DNA of 29,926 bases from positions 1 to 29,926 of the forward strand of contig JAIPHU010000014.1 in NCBI GenBank assembly GCA_021735045.1, written 5' to 3'. This DNA comes from Candidatus Omnitrophota bacterium (GTDB lineage: Bacteria; Omnitrophota; Gorgyraeia; Duberdicusellales; 4484-171). This document shows positions 23,821 to 29,926 of this stretch, one piece after another (position 1 is the first letter of the stretch; each line of letters begins with the position of its first letter). A program made the translations under genes and the position numbers. Below the pieces are notes generated by a model, which made no database searches, was not told where the DNA came from, and worked only from the letters and a program-made list of their open reading frames with translations.

Positions 23821-26800
23821 ATGTATTTAAAAGAGCTAAATCTTTTTGGATTTAAATCCTTCCCTGAAAAAACTTCCCTTAAATTTGATTCTGGCATAAC
23901 TGCAGTTGTTGGTCCAAATGGCTGTGGAAAAAGTAATGTATTTGATTCTATTAAATGGGCTTTAGGAGAACAAAGCCCCAAGTCTTTGCGGGGGACAAAG
24001 ATGGAAGATATTATCTTCAATGGTACAGAAACTTATCCTGCATTAAACTATGCTGAAGTCAGTTTAAATTTTTCTAATGAAGATAAATATTTGCCAATTA
24101 ATTATAATGAGGTATTAATTAGCAGAAGATTATATCGTTCTGGGGAGAGCCAGTATTTTATAAATAAAAGTCCAGTAAGGTTAAAAGATATTCAAAACCT
24201 TTTTCTAGGTACAGGGATTGGAGAATCTACTTATTCTTTTGTTGAGCAGGGTAAAATTGAAGTATTTTTAAGTTATAAACCAGAGGATAAGCGTTTAATC
24301 TTTGATGAAGCAAGTGGAATAGTAAAATATAAGGAAAGAAAAAGAGAAGCCTTGCGGAGGCTATCAGAAGCAGATGATAATATTGTTCGCCTAGATGATA
24401 TTTTAGCTGAAGTAAAAAGGCAAATTGGGTATCTAGAAAGGCAAGCCCAAAAGGCAGAAAAATATAAAGAGACCAAAGAGAAATTAATTGAAGTTGAGAA
24501 AAAAATAGCTGCAAAATCAGCTGAAAACCTTGACAAAAAAATCAATGAATCGACTACTAACCTTAATTCCTCAAAAGAAAAAGAGTCTGATATTGAAAAT
24601 CAACTATCTCTATTAAACCAAGAGCTTGAGGCTATAAATCAAAACCAAAATAATCTAAGAAATGAGCTTGATCAAGCCAATACACTAGTGGTTTCGACTC
24701 AAGCTCAAATAAAGACCTACGAAAACACTATTGATTTTTCTTTGCAACGGATAAAAGAGTTAAAAGAAAGAAGCAAACAACTGGAGATATCTGGGGAAAG
24801 TTTAAAAGAAAAAATTAATACCCAAGGCCAAAGAAGAGAAGAAGAAGCTATGCGCCTAGATGCTATCAAGGAAGAATTTGAAAAAATTGAGCATACTTTA
24901 AATAGTCTTTCTACAGAAAAAGAAACTAATAGTTTAAAAATAAAAGAAGCGCAAAAAGATTTAAAAAAGGAAAAAGAGAATATTTTAATCTTAGAGGAAC
25001 AAAAAGCTAAAACCCATAATTCGACTATTGAACTACAGGCGCAAATATCTACTTTATTGAATCGGAAAAAAAGATTGCTTTTAGATAAAGGTAAGCTTGA
25101 TAATTTACTTTTAGATAATTCAGAGAAATTAGAACAAGCAGAATCTAACTATTCGCAGGTTTTTGGCAAACTCAGTCAATTAAAAGAAACAAAGCAAGGT
25201 TTGACTAGTCAGGAAAAAGAAATTAACCAAAAAAATGAGAGGTTAAGAGATTTATTATCAGCAAAAGAGAAAGATTTTTTTGAGTTAAGCGCTTCTTATC
25301 AGTTTTTAAAAGAGTTTCGTACTAAATATGAAACTTTTTCACGTAAAGAAAATATTACAGTTCTTTTTGATAAAGACCCTGGTAATATTAACAAATTAGT
25401 TGCTTCTCTAAAGGATACAAAGTTCAGCCAAGAAGGCAGTTTTTTTAAAGCAAATTTAGAGGCTAAAGTTATTGCTTTTGACCAAGAGCAACTACAACAA
25501 AAAATTTTAAAGCTCGAGACTGAGATTAATCAATTAAAAGAAAATATCAAAAGTTTATCTGAACAGAAAGAGTCTTTAGATGAAAAATTATCTTCCCAAG
25601 ATAGTAATATTGAACGCTACAAAAATGATCTTAGTCAGGTTCAACAAGATAAAGATTCAGCTCAACGGGAGGTTAAAAGATTAAAAGAGGAATATGAATT
25701 GGTAGATGAAGAGACTAAAGATGCAATAGCTGAAATTGATAAGCTTCAAACAAGGAAAGATCAAGCTGAACAAGAAACAACTAGCAGCAATCAAGAGTTA
25801 GAGCAAGCAAATGATCTTTTATCTTCTTTGCAAAATAAAATAGAGAGTTGTGAACAATCTATAAGAGAGATAGCTATTCAGAGTGCTCAAGCTGTAGCTC
25901 AAAAAGAATCATTATATAAAGAAAAAGACAGTATTAGCTCAAAGGTTGAGTTTTTTAAAGAAGAAATTAATGAGTTCAATAAAAATATCGAACAGATAAA
26001 AGAGGAAAAAGAGTCTAACCTTAGACAGGTAAATTCTTTAGAAGAAAAAATAAAAGAGTTAAGAGAGCAGATAGAAAAAGATAAGCAAAGTATTCAAGAA
26101 TCAGCTCAAAAGAAAGAAGAGCTTCAGAAAAAGGAGATGAGCTTAAACGAGGAAACATCGGGCCAAAGAAAAAAGATTGACGACCTTAAACAAGAACTTA
26201 ATAAATTACAGCAAACTATTTACAATCAAAAACTTAAAGTGCAAAGCCTAGAATATGAAAAAGAAAAAGTCAAAGACTACTTAAAACAAGTATATAATTT
26301 AGAGATTGACCTTTCTTCCTTAGAGCCAGAGGATATATCTGATGAAGAACTCAATAAAAATAAAGAAAAAATGCAAAAAAGGATGAATTCTTTAGGGGAA
26401 GTAAACTTAGTTGCGATTGAAGAGTTTCAGGAACTTAAAGAGAGAAGGGATTTTTTAGAGGCTCAACGGATGGATTTAACTACCTCAAAAGATAATTTAA
26501 AAAAAGCAATTAATAAGATTAACCGTACTTCTCGGCAGATGTTTATAGAAACTTTTGAAAAAATTGAAAAAGAGTTTAAAAAAAATTATAAGTTTTTGTT
26601 TAACGGAGGCAGGGCAAAATTAATTTTAATCGATCCTGATAATCTCCTAGAGTCAGGAGTAGAGATAGAGGTTCAACCACCTGGTAAAAAGTTACAAAAT
26701 GTATCTTTGCTTTCAGGGGGAGAAAAAGCTCTTACCGCAATTGCTTTAATTTTTTCTATTTTTACAGTCCGGCCTTCTCCTTTATGTGTGCTTGATGAAA

Positions 26801-27018
26801 TAGATGCACCTTTAGATGAAGCTAATGTTGACAGGTTTAATCATATCCTTAAAGATTTTTCTAAAAATGCCCAGTTTATTTTAATTTCCCATAACAAAAA
26901 AACTATGAGTAATGCTGATGTCTTATATGGGGTTACCATGCAGACAAAAGGCGTCTCAAAATTAGTTTCTGTTAAGTTTGCAGGAGAAAAAGAAAAAGAA
27001 GAAAAGGCAAAAACCTAA
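23821..27018 (+). CDS. smc: SMC-family chromosome segregation ATPase with unusually short, glycine-poor hinge region
   Basis: Walker A GPNGCGKSN, signature LSGGEKALTAIAL and Walker B LCVLDEIDAPLDEAN, with long K/E/Q-rich coiled coils. It is 1065 aa, against roughly 1180 aa for a typical bacterial SMC. Confidence 0.85.
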   Translation: MYLKELNLFGFKSFPEKTSLKFDSGITAVVGPNGCGKSNVFDSIKWALGEQSPKSLRGTKMEDIIFNGTETYPALNYAEVSLNFSNEDKYLPINYNEVLISRRLYRSGESQYFINKSPVRLKDIQNLFLGTGIGESTYSFVEQGKIEVFLSYKPEDKRLIFDEASGIVKYKERKREALRRLSEADDNIVRLDDILAEVKRQIGYLERQAQKAEKYKETKEKLIEVEKKIAAKSAENLDKKINESTTNLNSSKEKESDIENQLSLLNQELEAINQNQNNLRNELDQANTLVVSTQAQIKTYENTIDFSLQRIKELKERSKQLEISGESLKEKINTQGQRREEEAMRLDAIKEEFEKIEHTLNSLSTEKETNSLKIKEAQKDLKKEKENILILEEQKAKTHNSTIELQAQISTLLNRKKRLLLDKGKLDNLLLDNSEKLEQAESNYSQVFGKLSQLKETKQGLTSQEKEINQKNERLRDLLSAKEKDFFELSASYQFLKEFRTKYETFSRKENITVLFDKDPGNINKLVASLKDTKFSQEGSFFKANLEAKVIAFDQEQLQQKILKLETEINQLKENIKSLSEQKESLDEKLSSQDSNIERYKNDLSQVQQDKDSAQREVKRLKEEYELVDEETKDAIAEIDKLQTRKDQAEQETTSSNQELEQANDLLSSLQNKIESCEQSIREIAIQSAQAVAQKESLYKEKDSISSKVEFFKEEINEFNKNIEQIKEEKESNLRQVNSLEEKIKELREQIEKDKQSIQESAQKKEELQKKEMSLNEETSGQRKKIDDLKQELNKLQQTIYNQKLKVQSLEYEKEKVKDYLKQVYNLEIDLSSLEPEDISDEELNKNKEKMQKRMNSLGEVNLVAIEEFQELKERRDFLEAQRMDLTTSKDNLKKAINKINRTSRQMFIETFEKIEKEFKKNYKFLFNGGRAKLILIDPDNLLESGVEIEVQPPGKKLQNVSLLSGGEKALTAIALIFSIFTVRPSPLCVLDEIDAPLDEANVDRFNHILKDFSKNAQFILISHNKKTMSNADVLYGVTMQTKGVSKLVSVKFAGEKEKEEKAKT

Positions 27019-27041
27019 TTTAATCCAACCATAAGCTTACT

Positions 27042-27186
27042 AAAATTACAAATTACAAATAATAAATTCCAAACAAATTACAAATCTCAAATTACAATTA
27101 ATAAAATGCCATAATTCTATTTGTAATTTTGGTATTTAATATTGTATATTGTTTGTAATTTGGAATTTATGTATTGGAATTTATTG
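27042..27186 (+). repeat. Interspersed intergenic element, diverged copy C
   Basis: Shares the left motif AAATTACAAATTACAAA(T/C)AATA and the right terminus TTGTAATTTGG(A/G)ATTT..GTAT(A)TTGGAATTTATT with copies A and B. It has the same A/C-rich then G/T-rich architecture and fills the convergent gap between smc and the GGDEF gene. Confidence 0.6.
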
Positions 27187-27188
27187 AT

Positions 27189-28349
27189 TTAGCAGGTTAT
27201 TGTGCAGTTTTTACCCTTTCTTTTTGCCTCGTATAAACAGTCGTCTGCTTTTTTAATAAGTTCTTGTTTTTGGGCATGGTCTTTAGGGAAGTTAGCAGCT
27301 CCGATGCTTATAGTAAATTTATAGTTTAAAATTTTATTTTTTTCAATTGCTTTTCTAATTCTTTCTGCCAGCAGATGAGCTTCTTTTTTATTATTGGAAG
27401 GTAAAATTAAAGAAAATTCCTCTCCTCCATAACGGCAAACTATATCAATTTTTCGACAACTGTTTTTTATGATTTGCCCAATTTTTTTCAGAGCTTTATC
27501 TCCTTGAACGTGGCCAAAATTATCGTTATATTTTTTGAAATCATCAATGTCGATCATCAGCAATGATACATTTTGATTGGTTGATTTAGCTTTAGCTAAT
27601 TCTTCATCCAGTTTGTATTGAAAGTAACCGTAGTTCCAAAGGCCGGTTAAAGAGTCAGTATGGGCTTTAGTTAGGGTTAGCTCAAAACTATATGAGTTTT
27701 CAAGAGCTCCTGCTGCTTGTTCAGAAAACATCTCAAACATTTTAAACTCTTCTTTAGTAATATTTTTTTTCGTTATATAGTTATCTACAACTAGTATAGC
27801 TGCAATCTCACCTTTAATTTTTAGGGGGGCTATAATAAACTCATCTAAATCTAGCTTTTTTACTAAAGGGTCATCTTTGAGTTGCTTATTGCCTTTTTTT
27901 ATCCAAAGGATTTCACCTTCTAAGCTATCAAAGATTAAACCGCTTTTTGGATCCACAGGAAATTTAAGTGATTGGATGAATTTCATAAAGCTAGGTTGAT
28001 TTTTCTTATTTTTTTTAATTAAATGATAGTTTTCGATTAAAGTGTATAAGTCTTTTTTTTCTTTTTCAATATGCTGCCAAACCTCCGAAGCTTCTTTTCC
28101 ATTCATCGGGCCAAGCCCCATAAAACCTTCTATTTGTTTTTTTTCATTATTAACAAAAAAAAGTGCTGCGCGATTATATCTTAGGCTTTGATGAGAGGTT
28201 AGCCCGGTCAAAATTATATAACTAATTTCTTCTAGATGGAGAGTTTTCCGCATTGCTTTGGTAAGTTCATAGAATATTTCTAGATGAGATTGAGCTCTTT
28301 TTAGTTCCCTTTTTAGTTTTTTTATTTTATTATCTGCAGTTTTATCCAT
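27189..28349 (-). CDS. GAF-domain diguanylate cyclase (GGDEF) with RxxD inhibitory site
   Basis: GGEEF active site in RYGGEEFSLILP, an RKID motif 5 residues upstream (I-site position), the DIDDFKKYND metal site, and an N-terminal GAF-like region of about 200 aa. Confidence 0.88.
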   Translation of the reverse strand: MDKTADNKIKKLKRELKRAQSHLEIFYELTKAMRKTLHLEEISYIILTGLTSHQSLRYNRAALFFVNNEKKQIEGFMGLGPMNGKEASEVWQHIEKEKKDLYTLIENYHLIKKNKKNQPSFMKFIQSLKFPVDPKSGLIFDSLEGEILWIKKGNKQLKDDPLVKKLDLDEFIIAPLKIKGEIAAILVVDNYITKKNITKEEFKMFEMFSEQAAGALENSYSFELTLTKAHTDSLTGLWNYGYFQYKLDEELAKAKSTNQNVSLLMIDIDDFKKYNDNFGHVQGDKALKKIGQIIKNSCRKIDIVCRYGGEEFSLILPSNNKKEAHLLAERIRKAIEKNKILNYKFTISIGAANFPKDHAQKQELIKKADDCLYEAKRKGKNCTITC

Positions 28350-28370
28350 AGTAACTAGATAGCATATTTA

Positions 28371-28496
28371 CTGGCTTTAGTCAAGACGAACCCTCTAAAG
28401 GGAGACGTTCGGCTCTGCTATAAGTTATTGCAAATAAGACAGCCAGATTATGGGGTATACCTTTGCAGATGTCCTACAAAGGTACACCCTGCTTTT
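28371..28496. other. GC-enriched structured island in the divergent GGDEF/queA intergenic region (candidate cis-regulatory RNA or small ncRNA; strand unresolved)
   Basis: Closing stem CTGGCT (28371-76) / AGCCAG (28441-46) encloses hairpin AGaCGAAC...GTTCGgCT (28384-28414) and TTATT-GCA-AATAA (28425-37). A 12-bp interrupted stem spans 28453-28489 (GGGTaTACCTTTG / CAAAGGTAcACCC) with an 11-nt loop, followed by GCTTTT and AAAAAA. Confidence 0.3.
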
Positions 28497-28585
28497 AAAA
28501 AAGTCTAAACTATCTCAATTGTCTAAAATATAAATTAGGTGTTAGTTATACACATTTTATATTTTTTCTGGTAGAATATGAGATT

Positions 28586-29614
28586 ATGGAAAAAGATAAT
28601 TTAGCAGCAGCTAACTACGATTTTAAAATTCCTAAAGAATTGATCGCTCAGTCTCCTAGGCGTCCTCGTGATAAATCACGTCTTTTAGTTTTAGATAGAA
28701 AAAGTAAAGAGTTAGATGAAAAAGTATTTTCCGATATTGTTAATTTCTTTCAAAAGGGAGATTGTTTAGTTTTAAATAACACTAAAGTTTTTAAAGCGAG
28801 AATTTTTGGTAAAAAAGAAACAGGAGCTAAAATTGAGATATTTTTACTGCAAGATTTAGAAAAAGGAGTTTGGCAATGTTTAGTCAAGCCGGCAAAAAGA
28901 GCAAAAATAGGCAGCAAAGTCTTTTTTTTAGAAAATTTTCAAGCCGAAGTCAAAGAAAGAACCGAGAAAGGATTATTTATAGTTCAATTTCAGCCTCAAG
29001 ACATAAAAAAGTTGATTGAAAATGCAGGTAAAACACCGCTTCCTCCTTACATTAAAAAAGAATCAGAGTTAGAGAGTTATCAAACTGTTTATGCCAAAAA
29101 TACGGGGGCAGTAGCTGCGCCTACAGCGGGCTTACATTTTACAAAAAGTTTGATTGATAATTTAGAAAAAAAAGGAGTTAAAATAATTCATCTTACTCTT
29201 CACTGTGGCCTGGGCACTTTTCAGCCGATAAAAGAAAAAAATATTCGAGATCACCAGATGGCAGAAGAATATCTAGAAATATCAAAAAAAACAGCAGAAA
29301 TTATAAATAGAGCTAAATCAGAGAATAAAAAAATATTTGCCGTAGGTACTACTGCGGTAAGAAGCCTAGAAAGTGCTGCTAATAACAACTCTCAACTAAC
29401 TGATTATCAGGGCCAAACTAGTCTTTATATAATTCCAGGCTATAAGTTTAAGATAGTAGATGCTTTAATTACTAACTTTCATACTCCTTTATCTACTAAT
29501 TTAGTTTTAGTTTCTTCATTTTCCTCTTTGGAATTAATAAAAAAAGCTTATTGTTATGCCCAAAAAAATAAATTTCGTTTTTTTAGTTTTGGTGATGCAA
29601 TGATAATCATCTAA
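28586..29614 (+). CDS. queA: S-adenosylmethionine:tRNA ribosyltransferase-isomerase
   Basis: YDFKIPKELIAQSPRRPRDKSRLLVL, TPLPPYIK, YQTVYA, AAPTAGLHFT, VGTTAVRSLES and LITNFHTPLSTNL. Confidence 0.93.
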   Translation: MEKDNLAAANYDFKIPKELIAQSPRRPRDKSRLLVLDRKSKELDEKVFSDIVNFFQKGDCLVLNNTKVFKARIFGKKETGAKIEIFLLQDLEKGVWQCLVKPAKRAKIGSKVFFLENFQAEVKERTEKGLFIVQFQPQDIKKLIENAGKTPLPPYIKKESELESYQTVYAKNTGAVAAPTAGLHFTKSLIDNLEKKGVKIIHLTLHCGLGTFQPIKEKNIRDHQMAEEYLEISKKTAEIINRAKSENKKIFAVGTTAVRSLESAANNNSQLTDYQGQTSLYIIPGYKFKIVDALITNFHTPLSTNLVLVSSFSSLELIKKAYCYAQKNKFRFFSFGDAMIII

Positions 29615-29749
29615 AAATCCCCTTTTTTAGCTAAATTTTAGCCAAATTGTCTGATATAAACTAGATTATTAGTCAAAATTTAGGTATTTTTTTACATAAG
29701 AGATTTATAGTCAAAGAGTTATATAAGTATAAAAAAAAAGCTCATTTCA

Positions 29750-29778
29750 TTGACTCTTGGGTCTATTTTTAATATAAT
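29750..29778 (+). promoter_or_regulatory. Near-perfect sigma70 promoter driving tandem array 2
   Basis: TTGACT (29750-29755), a 17-nt spacer, then TATAAT (29773-29778). The first repeat hairpin starts 20 nt after the -10, and no ORF follows. Confidence 0.6.
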
Positions 29779-29790
29779 AACAGTTTACCA

Positions 29791-29926
29791 AGTACAAGAC
29801 ACTTCGCCGAGTAATTCGGCTTAAGTGTCATTAAAAATAAAGGTATTCGCTAAATAATTGCATTAAGTATAAGACACTACGCCGAGTAATTCGGCTTAAG
29901 TGTCATTAAAAATAAAGGTATTCGCT
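29791..29926 (+). repeat. Tandem array 2 of the same 75-bp unit (1 full unit plus 61 nt, truncated by the window end)
   Basis: Period is 75 bp (29791 vs 29866). The hairpin GACACTT C GCCGA GTAAT TCGGC TT AAGTGTC spans 29798-29829. The linker ATTAAAAATAAAGGTATTCGCTAAATAATTGCATTAAGTATAA is identical to the array 1 75-bp units. Confidence 0.9.

Noticed and set aside
24500-26350. Apparent internal repetitiveness in smc (AAAGAA/GAAAAA-rich DNA)
   Set aside because: This reflects K/E/Q-rich coiled-coil heptads at the protein level. It shows no true DNA tandem periodicity and no unit identity.
28452-28496. Intrinsic terminator (12-bp stem followed by GCTTTT)
   Set aside because: No co-directional gene ends upstream, because the left neighbour is on the - strand and starts here. 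The T-run is only 4 nt and is separated from the stem by GC. It is kept instead as part of a candidate regulatory RNA.
1-29926. Mobile genetic element, prophage or defence island
   Set aside because: No integrase, transposase, recombinase, phage structural gene, restriction-modification system or known defence gene was recognised. The only mobile-like features are the short non-autonomous repeats reported above.

Overview
AT-rich, densely coding bacterial chromosomal window, probably from an uncultivated anaerobe; the taxon cannot be assigned from sequence alone. Nearly all genes are on the + strand. I support about 27 CDS. They include two small NifX/NifB-like proteins, a DUF5320-like protein and a redox/metal-flavoured operon (SAM methyltransferase, Nox/CoADR-type flavoprotein, DUF89, MBL-fold protein, His-rich membrane protein, small Cys-rich protein). 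Housekeeping and transport genes are nnrE, map, an FmdB zinc ribbon, OsmC, feoAB, a radical-SAM protein, a ZIP transporter, pckG, purC, smc, a GAF-GGDEF cyclase and queA. There is a trehalose cluster (beta-PGM/TPP fusion, GH65 phosphorylase, unknown protein, TreT) and a bifurcating-type etfBA with ferredoxin-fused EtfA. No rRNA, tRNA, cas genes, transposases or integrases were seen. The unusual content is non-coding. (1) Two arrays of the same 72-75 bp tandem unit lie 28.6 kb apart (894-1201 and 29791 to the window end). Each unit carries a bipartite hairpin, and one stem base pair changes in a compensatory way between arrays. The second array sits behind a perfect-consensus TTGACT-17-TATAAT promoter, which suggests a transcribed multi-copy structured RNA. 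(2) A second repeat family of about 145-160 bp has three copies, two of them 98% identical. It has an A/C-rich arm, a small hairpin with a T-run, and a G/T-rich arm built from heptamers, always in + orientation just after + strand genes. One copy supplies the stop codon of nnrE and the initiation region of map. Lesser items are an SMC with a very short glycine-free hinge, GC-enriched structured islands in two divergent intergenic regions, a palindromic operator candidate at feoAB, and an untracked 40-aa lipoprotein ORF.
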